Notes under the pieces: model-generated
What the model saw: the letters and a program-made list of their open reading frames with translations, nothing else
Database searches by the model: none
Told to the model about the DNA's origin: nothing
Assembly (NCBI GenBank): GCA_026002795.1
Contig: BPGA01000001.1
Location: forward strand, 450,001-482,000
Direction of reading: 5' to 3'
Length of the DNA stretch: 32,000 nucleotides
Source of the DNA: Candidatus Saccharimonadota bacterium
GTDB lineage: Archaea; Nanobdellota; Nanobdellia; Pacearchaeales; GW2011-AR1
Program-made: the position numbers and the translations under genes
Shown here: positions 8,220 to 17,046 of the stretch, piece after piece
How positions within the stretch are numbered: position 1 is the stretch's first letter
Layout: each line of letters starts with the position of its first letter

Positions 8220-9389
8220 TTATTTTAATTTTAAATAAAAGCCGAGTCCAGCATACCATCTGGAAATATTATCGTAACCAACAAAAGACCTTATCACAAA
8301 AGAGTTTATAGGAATTCCAATTCCTGCATAAAATCTTTGAGAAAGTTTTCTTCTTGATTTTGAATTTTGAGATAGCTTAACTGGTTTTCCATTCTGAAAA
8401 ATTCCTTCTTCAACATTCTCTGTAAAATTCCAATTATTTAATCCAGCTCCAACAAAAAAATAATCTAAAGGAGAAAATTCTAAACCAGCACCAACTCCAC
8501 TAAATTCAATTTCTTCTCTTTTTCCAATACCAACTCTACCAGCTGATAAAGGAACATATAAGCTGTCAACTAACTTATCATCCCTTTTAGAGTAACTAAA
8601 AGAAAATTTTATAGGATGATATCCAAATAAAAAATTAGCTCCAACAAAACCCTCTTCTCCTAAAAACCCGTCTAAACCAAAACCAACTCTTTTAACATCT
8701 CTTCTAGTTATTTTTTTCTTTTGCCATTCACTCTCTATTTCTTCTTTTACACCAAATTCATTAGGAGATATTCTTAAAATAATAGGAACACTATTCTCTT
8801 GAAGTCCCTTTGTTGAAGAACTTCTTGCAATTATCATATACATTCCAGGAACAATCTTTGCCGTTTCTCTATCAAACAAAGAATCTTTTTCTGAATCTAT
8901 AACATTATCATTAACTGCTTTGTTCAATAAGTAAAGAGATAAAGAATCATTTCCTTCACTGGTTTTAGATAGCCTTGTTAAATAATCTAAAAAATAATTA
9001 TCTCTTTTGTTTAAACTTTTTTCTTTTTTTAAATAACTAATAACATTTTCTAAACCCTTTTTTATGTCTAAAAACCCATACATTACTGGCCCTTCTTTAG
9101 CTCTAAGGCAAAAATAATCATCTAACTCAATTCTTGATTTCCTTTCAAGCTCTATTTCAGAAACAAAGCCCTTTAAAAAAATTCCATCTCCAGCAGTCGA
9201 AAAATTATTACTAAATGTTAAACTAGAGTTTTTTGTACAACTTTCATCAACATAAACAGTGTTTTCTCTTCTATCTGTTTTTACTTCTTCATTTTTTTGT
9301 TGTGAGTAAAGAGGAGAATTAAGTGCTAAAGAAATTGCAGCTACACCTAAAGCCTTTCTAAATTTTCCTTTAAAATTCCTTATATTCAT
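8220..9389 (-). CDS. signal-peptide protein with beta-barrel-like C-terminal domain (hypothetical)
   Basis: N-terminal signal KALGVAAISLALNSPLYSQQ. The C-terminal ~170 aa are Gly/aromatic-rich with alternating hydrophobicity (GFVGANFLFGYHPIKFSFSYS, GVGAGLEFSPLDYFFVGAGLNNWNF, RFYAGIGIPINSFVIRSFVGY, RWYAGLGFYLKLK). Confidence 0.6.
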   Translation of the reverse strand: MNIRNFKGKFRKALGVAAISLALNSPLYSQQKNEEVKTDRRENTVYVDESCTKNSSLTFSNNFSTAGDGIFLKGFVSEIELERKSRIELDDYFCLRAKEGPVMYGFLDIKKGLENVISYLKKEKSLNKRDNYFLDYLTRLSKTSEGNDSLSLYLLNKAVNDNVIDSEKDSLFDRETAKIVPGMYMIIARSSSTKGLQENSVPIILRISPNEFGVKEEIESEWQKKKITRRDVKRVGFGLDGFLGEEGFVGANFLFGYHPIKFSFSYSKRDDKLVDSLYVPLSAGRVGIGKREEIEFSGVGAGLEFSPLDYFFVGAGLNNWNFTENVEEGIFQNGKPVKLSQNSKSRRKLSQRFYAGIGIPINSFVIRSFVGYDNISRWYAGLGFYLKLK

Positions 9390-9541
9390 GTTTTTTTTAT
9401 AAAATTTTTATTTATAAATATTTCTATTTTGTAGTGACTATATAATAATTACATAAAATAGTAATTATATAGTGATATAATAAAATTCTATTAGAATTCT
9501 TAATTAATTCTTAATTAAAATCCATTAATCGCGAATCTAGA

Positions 9542-9572
9542 AACAAATGCGGGAGGAAGGATTCGAACCTTC
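9542..9572 (-). repeat. 31-bp exact copy of the tRNA-Leu 3' end (T arm + acceptor 3' strand + 6 nt flank); truncated pseudo-tRNA fragment
   Basis: aacaaatgcgggaggaaggattcgaaccttc is identical at 9542-9572 and 9621-9651. Weaker similarity continues a few nt further (caggc). Confidence 0.85.
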
Positions 9573-9626
9573 TACTCAGGCCCGAATCAATTTTAATTAT
9601 TAAATTAAAGGAAAATTTACAACAAA

Positions 9627-9710
9627 TGCGGGAGGAAGGATTCGAACCTTCGCAGGCACTAAGCCACAGGATCTTAAGTCCTGCCCGTTTGACCGCTCCG
9701 GCACTCCCGC
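9627..9710 (-). tRNA. tRNA-Leu (anticodon UAA)
   Basis: Hand-folded cloverleaf: acceptor GCGGGAG/CUCCCGC, anticodon arm CAGGA-CUUAAGA-UCCUG, long variable arm, T arm GAAGG-UUCGAAU-CCUUC, discriminator A. No encoded CCA. Confidence 0.9.
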
Positions 9711-9766
9711 TATTAAACTCTCAATTAAACTAATCTTAAAAAAGTTTGTTTTTTATAATCAACAAG

Positions 9767-9774
9767 TTTATTAA
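9767..9774 (+). promoter_or_regulatory. TATA-like box (TTTATTAA) for argS; leaderless geometry
   Basis: Located -29..-22 from the argS ATG at 9796. No Shine-Dalgarno sequence. Confidence 0.4.
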
Positions 9775-9795
9775 TGTTACCTAATTTTAAAAATT

Positions 9796-11499
9796 ATGAA
9801 GGATTTTGTTGTTAAAGCAATAAAAAAAGCACTAGACGAAGAAAATATCAAAGTTGATGAAAAAGATATTTTAATGAAAATAGAAATTCCTAAAAACAAA
9901 TCTTTTGGTGATTATGCTTTTCCTTGTTTTTTTTTAGAAGAAAAACTTAAAGAAAATCCAAGTAGTATAGCAATAAAATTAAGAGAAAAAATTGGAAATG
10001 CAGAAGATTTTGGTTTTAAGGATATACAAACAAAAGGACCATACATTAATTTTTTTTTAGATAGAAACTTAATAGCCTTAAAGACTATAAAAGAAATTTT
10101 AATAAAAAAAGAAAATTTTGGTGAAACAGACCTAGGAAAAGGGAAAAAAGTTTTAATAGAACATACTTCATTAAATCCTAATTCATCTCCCCATGTAGGA
10201 AGAGCAAGAAATGCAATTATTGGTGATAGCATAGTTAGAATTTTTAGATTTTTAGGTTACAATGTTGAGGTTCATTATTATGTGAATGACGTTTCAAAAC
10301 AAGTTGCTTTGCTAGTTGTTGCTGGAGCAGAGAATCAAAGTTTTAAAAAAATGATAGAAAATTACACCAAAATTTACAACAAACTAAAAAAATCTAAAAA
10401 AATAGAAAAAGATGTTTTTTTATGGCTTCAGAGATTTGAGCAGGGAGATAAAGAAGCAAAAAGGAAATTTAATAAAATAACTAAAACATGCATTGAAGGT
10501 CAGAAAAAAATCCTTGAAAAAATAGGTATTAAATATGATTTTTTTGATTACGAATCTTCTTTTTTAGAAGAATCTAAAAAAATAATTTCTGAATTAGAAA
10601 AAACAGGCAAACTTAAGAAAGATAAATTTGGAAGACTTTATCTTGATCAGTCAGAAAATCAAGAGATAAAATCAAAAATGAAAACACCTTTTTTAGTTTT
10701 AACAAGATCAGATGGAACAGGTTTATATCCTTTAAGAGATATAGCTTATACTATCTTCAAACTTAAAAATGCAGACAAAAATATTGTTGTCCTTGGAGAA
10801 GATCAAAAGCTTTATTTTTTGCAGATAAAAGACGCTTTAAAAACCTTAAACTATGAAGCTCCAGAAGTTATACATTATTCTTACGTTCTTTTAAGTTCAA
10901 AAGGAAAATTAAAGAAAATGTCTACTAGAAAAGGAGAGGTTGTTCTTTTAGAGGACTTTTTAGAAGAAGCAACAAAAAAAGCAAAACTTGAAATAAAAAA
11001 AAGAAAAACAAAAGGAGATCCAAAAAAAATTGCAATTGCAGCAATAAAATATAGAATATTAAAAGTTTCTCCAGATAAATCAATAAACTTTAATCTTGAT
11101 AATGAAATAAAATTTGAAGGAAACACAGGACCTTACTTGCTTTATAGTTATGCAAGAGCGAGAAGCATTTTAAGAAAAGCCAAAGAATTTTATAAAAAAA
11201 GAAAAAACATAAATATAGAAAATTTAAATTTGAAAGAACTAAACAATTACGAAACAAACCTAGTTTTGTTAATGTCAAATTTTCAAGATGTTGTAAATAA
11301 AGCTTATTCTTCTTTAGATTCTTCTATTATAGCCTCGTACTCTTTTGAAATTGCAAAAGCATTTAATGAATTTTATCAAAATTGTCAGGTTATAGGTTCT
11401 CATGAAGAAGATTTTAGACTTGCTCTTGTTGAAGCATTTAGTTATGTCTTAAAAAATTCTTTAATGTTGTTGGGTATAGAAACAATAGAAGAAATGTAA
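9796..11499 (+). CDS. argS: arginyl-tRNA synthetase
   Basis: Class I motif region IEHTSLNPNSSPHVGRARNAIIGDS, an MSTRKG (KMSKS-equivalent) motif, and a C-terminal anticodon-binding helical domain. 567 aa. Confidence 0.9.
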   Translation: MKDFVVKAIKKALDEENIKVDEKDILMKIEIPKNKSFGDYAFPCFFLEEKLKENPSSIAIKLREKIGNAEDFGFKDIQTKGPYINFFLDRNLIALKTIKEILIKKENFGETDLGKGKKVLIEHTSLNPNSSPHVGRARNAIIGDSIVRIFRFLGYNVEVHYYVNDVSKQVALLVVAGAENQSFKKMIENYTKIYNKLKKSKKIEKDVFLWLQRFEQGDKEAKRKFNKITKTCIEGQKKILEKIGIKYDFFDYESSFLEESKKIISELEKTGKLKKDKFGRLYLDQSENQEIKSKMKTPFLVLTRSDGTGLYPLRDIAYTIFKLKNADKNIVVLGEDQKLYFLQIKDALKTLNYEAPEVIHYSYVLLSSKGKLKKMSTRKGEVVLLEDFLEEATKKAKLEIKKRKTKGDPKKIAIAAIKYRILKVSPDKSINFNLDNEIKFEGNTGPYLLYSYARARSILRKAKEFYKKRKNINIENLNLKELNNYETNLVLLMSNFQDVVNKAYSSLDSSIIASYSFEIAKAFNEFYQNCQVIGSHEEDFRLALVEAFSYVLKNSLMLLGIETIEEM

Positions 11500-11663
11500 A
11501 AAAATTAAAAAAGAGTCTATTTAACTTGTTCTGAATAGACTTAGATCCAAAATAAGAAAATTTTTATACAACATATATAAACAATTAATCCAAAAAAACC
11601 AAAACATATTTAAATGGTTTTTTACTCTAAATATTAAATAAATGTTAATAAAAGGAGGTTAAT

Positions 11664-11867
11664 ATGGCAAAGCAAGGTTCAAGAGTTTTGAACTTTGTTG
11701 CTTGGCTAACAGGAGTAATTGTTTCACTAGCAGTAGGTTTTGCAATGGTAGGTGGAACACTTACATTACCTAGTTGGCTTGGCGGTAGAGTTCTTGCCGG
11801 AATTGCTGGGTGGGTTGTCATTATAACAACAGCCCTAAGCGCATTATTTGCAATTCTAAACCAGTAA
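11664..11867 (+). CDS. small two-helix membrane protein (hypothetical)
   Basis: 67 aa with two hydrophobic helices. Preceded by a strong AAAGGAGGT Shine-Dalgarno-like sequence 5 nt upstream of the ATG. Locally higher GC than the flanks. Confidence 0.6.
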   Translation: MAKQGSRVLNFVAWLTGVIVSLAVGFAMVGGTLTLPSWLGGRVLAGIAGWVVIITTALSALFAILNQ

Positions 11868-11868
11868 A

Positions 11869-11891
11869 TTTTTTTTATTTTTTATTTTTTT
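11869..11891 (+). terminator. oligo-T tracts (archaeal-type termination signal)
   Basis: T8, T6 and T7 runs immediately follow the stop codon of the 67-aa gene. Confidence 0.35.
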
Positions 11892-12120
11892 AATTTAATT
11901 TATTTAGAAAATTTATTTTTAGCTAAAAGTAGTATTTTAAAAACCAGATGATTCTCTTATTTTTTTCTGTTTATTCTGATTTTTTAAATATTTTTTTAAC
12001 ACGTTTGCTATAAAGAAGTTATATTCTAAGAGTTATATTATAAAAGAAAATTATAAAAGAAGTATGTAACTCTCAAGCTTTAATTATCAAGATTCAAACC
12101 TAAATTAAATTAATACTTTT

Positions 12121-12927
12121 TTATTTGACAGGTTTCATATCTTTCCACGCAAGCTCAAACAACTGTTCAAGAGCTTGTGCAAAAAACTCTGTATTTATCC
12201 AAACACCAACATCATAATTTGGATGGAATTTTTCATCATCAAGAAGCATAAACATTACTTGATTTGAATCAACAATAACAAATCTCGCCCTTAATTTTTC
12301 AACACTTCTAATTTCAGCTACTTTTTTAAGCTCTCTAGCAACTTTTATGTTATTATTATTTATGGGAGCAGCAATTCTAACCTTTACACCTCTTTTTTTA
12401 CATTTTTCAAGACTAGGCATTAAAACCTCAAATTTTCTGTTTAATCCTTCTGCTGTTGTAACAATAGTAACTGTTTTTTCAGCATCTCTTATAAGCATAT
12501 CTATATGATTGTAAATATTTTGCCTTCCTTTTATGCTTCCAGAAAGATCGCTTGGCTCTACAAATTTAACGCCTTTTGTGAATAAAGAATTAAGTTCTTT
12601 TAGAATTTCATCATCTTTTAAAGATTCAAGTCTTTTTGATCTTTCCTTTGCTTCTATAATAAGGTTCTTCTTTACCCTTTCAATTACTTCTTCTGGCTTT
12701 AAAGCTATAAACTTTATTGGCTTTCCTAGTTTCATTACAATAAAACCTTTCTTCTCTAGGCTTTCAAGAATGTCATAAGTTCTTGATCTTGGTACATCAG
12801 AAATAGTGCTTAGTTCTCCTGCAGTGCTAGTACCCCTTGATAGAAGAGCTGTCCAAACCTTTACCTCATAAAGATTAAGATCAAAGATTTTCCTTAGCCT
12901 GCTTAAAAATTCTTCTTTAACTATCAT
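12121..12927 (-). CDS. TrmB-family transcriptional regulator
   Basis: N-terminal winged HTH (LYEVKVWTALLSRGTSTAGELSTISDVPRSRTYDILESLEKKGFI), then a coiled linker and a TrmB-type C-terminal domain. Confidence 0.85.
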   Translation of the reverse strand: MIVKEEFLSRLRKIFDLNLYEVKVWTALLSRGTSTAGELSTISDVPRSRTYDILESLEKKGFIVMKLGKPIKFIALKPEEVIERVKKNLIIEAKERSKRLESLKDDEILKELNSLFTKGVKFVEPSDLSGSIKGRQNIYNHIDMLIRDAEKTVTIVTTAEGLNRKFEVLMPSLEKCKKRGVKVRIAAPINNNNIKVARELKKVAEIRSVEKLRARFVIVDSNQVMFMLLDDEKFHPNYDVGVWINTEFFAQALEQLFELAWKDMKPVK

Positions 12928-13023
12928 TTTAATAACTTTATGCTTCTATTTTTATTTTTACTTTTTTATTTTTAAATATTGTTATATTGAAATAGTAACG
13001 CTTTAAAGTACTATTTCAAAGCG

Positions 13024-15855
13024 TTATTTTATTATTATAGCAATTTTACCTCTTTTTTCTTTAATTTTAAAATCAACTTTATTTTTAAATGTTTCTTTGT
13101 CTTCATTTAAAAATTCTAATTTCAGAGAATTTGTCCTTTCTTTTATAAAATTTTCTTTCATTTTAAGTAATTTTATAAAATCTTCATCCGCTATTATGTA
13201 TGTTTCAATCTTGTTGCTTTTCTCTAATCCAAGTTTTTTTCTGAATTCTTGTATATTTCTAGAGATTTCTCTTGCATAACCCTCTGCTTCAAGATCTTTT
13301 GTTATTTTTATGTCATAGTTTACTTTTAGAGAGTCACCAATATGAAAAACAACATTCTTCACATTTAACTGCCTCATTAAAATTTCCTCGAATTTTTTTG
13401 AAAATTTCTTTTTATAGATTATTTCTACAGAAAGCAAAGGCCATCTTAAGCCAATTTTTATTTTATCTCTTTCTGCTAGCCCTGCTTCTATAATCTTTAA
13501 AATTTCTTCGAATTCTTTTTCTAGCTTTTTGTTTATTTTCTTTTTGTCTGATTTAGGCCAATAAGATAGGTGAACGCTTTCTTCTTTAACAATTTTCTTT
13601 TTCTTTAAATCCTGCCACATTTCTTCTGTTAAGAAAGGAATTATTGGTGAGAGAACAACTAGAAGATCTTTTCTTATTTTATTTAAAATATCAAAAACCT
13701 CTTCTTCTCTTTCTCTTATTATTTTAATATACGTCTTACTCAAATCCTCTATCAAAAATTTTTCTATTTTCTGAATAGCCTCATGAAAAACAAACCTATC
13801 AAAATCACCCTTAACATCTTCTAAAAAAGTATTAAATTTCGATAATATCCATAAATCTTCTATTTCATTTTTTCTAACTTTTTTTGCTGTTTTATTTTTT
13901 AATTTATAAAGCTGATTTACATAGTTATTAACATTTACCAAAACTCTAAAGACATTATAGATTGATTTTTTGAATTCATTTTCATCAAACACACTAAAAT
14001 CTTCTCCTTTCGAGGTTTTTGCAAAATAATACCTTAAAACATCTCTTCCGTATTTTTCAATTATTTCAGAAGGAGAAACAAAATTTCCTAAAGATTTAGA
14101 CATCTTGATTTTTCCTAAAGCTAGAACCATTCCGTGAACTACAATATTTAAATAGGGTTTTTTATTAAACTTTATTTTTGATAAGATAAGTTGAGAATTC
14201 CACCAACCTCTAAACTGATCTCTTCCTTCTATATTTAGGTCTGCTGGCCAAAATTTTTTGAATAATTTTTTATTTTTAGGATAGCCAAGAGCAGCCCAAC
14301 TAGAAACTCCTGAATCAAACCATACATCAAGAACCTCTGGAACTCTTTTCATGATTCCACCACAAGAACATTTCAATTTAACTTTGTCTATTTCAGGCTT
14401 GTGAACCTCGGTAATTTTTACTTTAGACTTTTTTTCCAATTCTTTTATAGATCCTATAACTTCTTTTTTATTGCATTTTTCACAAACCCAAATTGGAAGT
14501 GGAGCTCCCCAATACCTATTTCTTGATATAGGCCAGTCTGAAATTCCTTCAAGCCAAGCTTTCATTCTTTGTTTCATGTAACCAGGAACCCAGTTTACCT
14601 CTTCGTTATGTTTAAGTAAACTTTCTTTAATCTTTTCTATTGAGAAAAACCATTGAGGTATAGAAATCATTATTAAAGGACTTTTACATCTCCAACATAT
14701 AGGATAGTCATGATTGTATGAAGAATAATGAACTAAAGCACCTTCTTTTTTTAAATCTTCTATAATTTCAGAATCAACAACTCTTGCTTTTTTTCCAGCA
14801 TATTTACCAGCTTCTTTTTCAAACAGCCCTGATATAGAAATAATGCTTAAAATTGGTAAATTATTTATTTTTCCTACTTCATGATCTTCTTTTCCACAAC
14901 CAGGAGCAGTATGGACAAGGCCGGTTCCTTCTTCAAGATTTACATATCTTTCATTTAAAACAACACGATAAGCATTTTTTAATTCTGGAAGGTTTAAATA
15001 CCTACTTAAAGGGTTTTCATAATTTATTCCTTCAAGTTCTTTTCCTTTAAACTCTCTTATTAATTTGTAATTTAAATTAATTTTTTTAAAAAGGTCATCT
15101 AGTCTAGCTTTTGCTAAAATCCAAATTTCGTTATTAACAGCTAATTTAACATAATCAAAATGAGGATGGGCCATAATACCTGTATTACTTGGCAAAGTCC
15201 AAGGTGTTGTAGTCCATATTATTAAATACTTATTATTTGAACCTTTAATTTTAAATTTAACATAAATAGAAGGATCATCTTGTTTTATGTACTCTATTTC
15301 ATTATATGCTACAGCTGTTTCACAATGTGTACAAACATGAACAGGATACACTCCTAAATAAAGAAGTTTTTTTCTGTCTGCATCTTTAAATGTGTCCCAT
15401 ATAGACTCTATATAATGTTTTTCTAAGGTTAAATAAGGATTTTTAAAATCCATCCAAACACCTAAATTTTCGAATTCTTTATTCATAACACCTATGTACC
15501 TGGTTGCATATTTCTTGCATTCATTAACAAATTTTTTAATACCAAACTTTTCTATATCTTCTTTTTTTGTAAAACCTAATTTTTTTTCAACACTATTCTC
15601 TATAGGTAAGCCATGAGTGTCATATCCTGGCCTGTCAAAAACATCAAAACCAGAAGTTCTTTTATAACGCATAGCAACATCTTTTAATATTTTATTTAAC
15701 GCAGTTCCCATATGTATGTTGCCGGTAGCGTATGGTGGTCCATCAGCAAAATAAAATTTTTTCTTTCCTTTATTTTTTTTCTTAACTTTTTCATATATCT
15801 TCTTTTTTTTCCAAAAATTAAGAACTCTTTCTTCTACTTCTTTATGATTATACAT
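13024..15855 (-). CDS. ileS: isoleucyl-tRNA synthetase
   Basis: GPPYATGNIHMGTALNKILKD, PGYDTHGLPIE, WTTTPWTLP, WPISRNRYWGAPLPIW and KMSKSLGN all match the IleRS pattern. Confidence 0.9.
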   Translation of the reverse strand: MYNHKEVEERVLNFWKKKKIYEKVKKKNKGKKKFYFADGPPYATGNIHMGTALNKILKDVAMRYKRTSGFDVFDRPGYDTHGLPIENSVEKKLGFTKKEDIEKFGIKKFVNECKKYATRYIGVMNKEFENLGVWMDFKNPYLTLEKHYIESIWDTFKDADRKKLLYLGVYPVHVCTHCETAVAYNEIEYIKQDDPSIYVKFKIKGSNNKYLIIWTTTPWTLPSNTGIMAHPHFDYVKLAVNNEIWILAKARLDDLFKKINLNYKLIREFKGKELEGINYENPLSRYLNLPELKNAYRVVLNERYVNLEEGTGLVHTAPGCGKEDHEVGKINNLPILSIISISGLFEKEAGKYAGKKARVVDSEIIEDLKKEGALVHYSSYNHDYPICWRCKSPLIMISIPQWFFSIEKIKESLLKHNEEVNWVPGYMKQRMKAWLEGISDWPISRNRYWGAPLPIWVCEKCNKKEVIGSIKELEKKSKVKITEVHKPEIDKVKLKCSCGGIMKRVPEVLDVWFDSGVSSWAALGYPKNKKLFKKFWPADLNIEGRDQFRGWWNSQLILSKIKFNKKPYLNIVVHGMVLALGKIKMSKSLGNFVSPSEIIEKYGRDVLRYYFAKTSKGEDFSVFDENEFKKSIYNVFRVLVNVNNYVNQLYKLKNKTAKKVRKNEIEDLWILSKFNTFLEDVKGDFDRFVFHEAIQKIEKFLIEDLSKTYIKIIREREEEVFDILNKIRKDLLVVLSPIIPFLTEEMWQDLKKKKIVKEESVHLSYWPKSDKKKINKKLEKEFEEILKIIEAGLAERDKIKIGLRWPLLSVEIIYKKKFSKKFEEILMRQLNVKNVVFHIGDSLKVNYDIKITKDLEAEGYAREISRNIQEFRKKLGLEKSNKIETYIIADEDFIKLLKMKENFIKERTNSLKLEFLNEDKETFKNKVDFKIKEKRGKIAIIIK

Positions 15856-15919
15856 GAAAATTTTATATCTTATTATGTTTTAAAATTTATCTTTTTTAAA
15901 TAAAAAACAAATTATTAAC

Positions 15920-16636
15920 CTAGAATTTAAAATTTTTTAAATTTTCTTCCTCTACAAAATGTAATTTTGTAGGAATTATAAAACAAAAAGGCTCTTTAAT
16001 TTTTTTATTTTTTAGACTTTTGATATTTGAATAGAGAATTTTTTCATTTTTTGTTCCTATTGCAGAGCAGACAACAATATCTTTGATTTCTAGCTTTTTT
16101 TCTTTAGCTGATTCTTCTAGTTCATAGATAGCATCTTTAAAATTCAAACCAACATCAACAAGAATTAAAGTATGTGCATTAATGGACAAATTTTCTTTAA
16201 TAATATCAATAAAGCTTGTAGGTTTGAAATTTTTTGTCCATTTTGGAATTGATGTTATTTTTCCAAATTTATAAAGTTGAAGGCCAGTATTTCCGAGAGC
16301 ATCAAAAACAGAGGAATTATGCAAGACCTTTGTTTTTATTCCTGCTTTTTTTGCTTCATTAATCAAAGAGATGTGTGTGGTTGCGAAAAAAGGAGAACCA
16401 TAAACCAATAAAACAACATTTTCTTTTTCTGCCTCTTTTAAAATCTTTAAACTTTCTATAAATTCTCTATCCGCTATCAAAATTTTTTTATTAAATTTTT
16501 TTTCTAGTTTGTTAATTTGATAAGGAAATTTTATCGTGTAATTTTCTATAAAAACTTTTTTTGTTTTTAATATAATTTTTTCTGCTTCTTTACTAAAAGA
16601 TTCATCATTAAGTCCTAAACCAATCAAATAAAGCAT
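15920..16636 (-). CDS. dphB: diphthine synthase
   Basis: Tetrapyrrole-methylase fold N-terminus MLYLIGLGL. It also has VLLVYGSPFFATTH. The ~240-aa length is typical of archaeal DphB. Confidence 0.85.
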   Translation of the reverse strand: MLYLIGLGLNDESFSKEAEKIILKTKKVFIENYTIKFPYQINKLEKKFNKKILIADREFIESLKILKEAEKENVVLLVYGSPFFATTHISLINEAKKAGIKTKVLHNSSVFDALGNTGLQLYKFGKITSIPKWTKNFKPTSFIDIIKENLSINAHTLILVDVGLNFKDAIYELEESAKEKKLEIKDIVVCSAIGTKNEKILYSNIKSLKNKKIKEPFCFIIPTKLHFVEEENLKNFKF

Positions 16637-16890
16637 TATTTTTTCTCAACTTTTTTCTTTTTAAGACTTCTGCTTGTAACAATTGCAATAAACAAAAAGC
16701 TAAAAAAGAGAACATCGTTTTTCAAAATCATTGAAATTAAAGCTCCAATTAGGCTTATAATTATTAAAAGTTTAAACCAAAACTGGCCAGCTTCCAACTC
16801 TTCTTTTGTGATCTTTGCCAAAAAATTCCCTATATAAAAGCCAAAAAATAAAAAGATAATTCCAATAAAGACCTTTATTAATTCTTTCAT
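16636..16890 (-). CDS. small membrane protein (hypothetical)
   Basis: 84 aa, 2-3 hydrophobic helices and a Lys-rich tail. Its stop overlaps the dphB start (TAATG). Confidence 0.5.
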   Translation of the reverse strand: MKELIKVFIGIIFLFFGFYIGNFLAKITKEELEAGQFWFKLLIIISLIGALISMILKNDVLFFSFLFIAIVTSRSLKKKKVEKK

Positions 16891-17046
16891 TTTATAAAAC
16901 GCATTTATAAAATTATAAAAATGTTTTATGTTTATAATTTTTACTTTATAATTTTAAAACGAAAAGATAGCATTATAAGGTGCCTTAGGCAAAGCACTTC
17001 TTTTTTAACTTCTTTATTTTTTATTTTCTATTTTTTTTAGATATTT

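Noticed and set aside
9542-9590. I considered a split-tRNA 3' half, as in Nanoarchaeum or Caldivirga.
   Set aside because: Upstream of the T arm there is no convincing anticodon-stem 3' strand, variable-arm stem or GC-rich leader that could pair with a 5' half. A decayed duplicate or att scar explains it more simply.
11590-11625. AAAAAACCA...TGGTTTTTT hairpin followed by Ts upstream of the small membrane ORF, considered as a bacterial-style intrinsic terminator. The AGTCTATT/AATAGACT hairpin after argS was considered similarly.
   Set aside because: The stems are short and almost entirely A:T, which is expected by chance in this base composition, so they are not reported as features.
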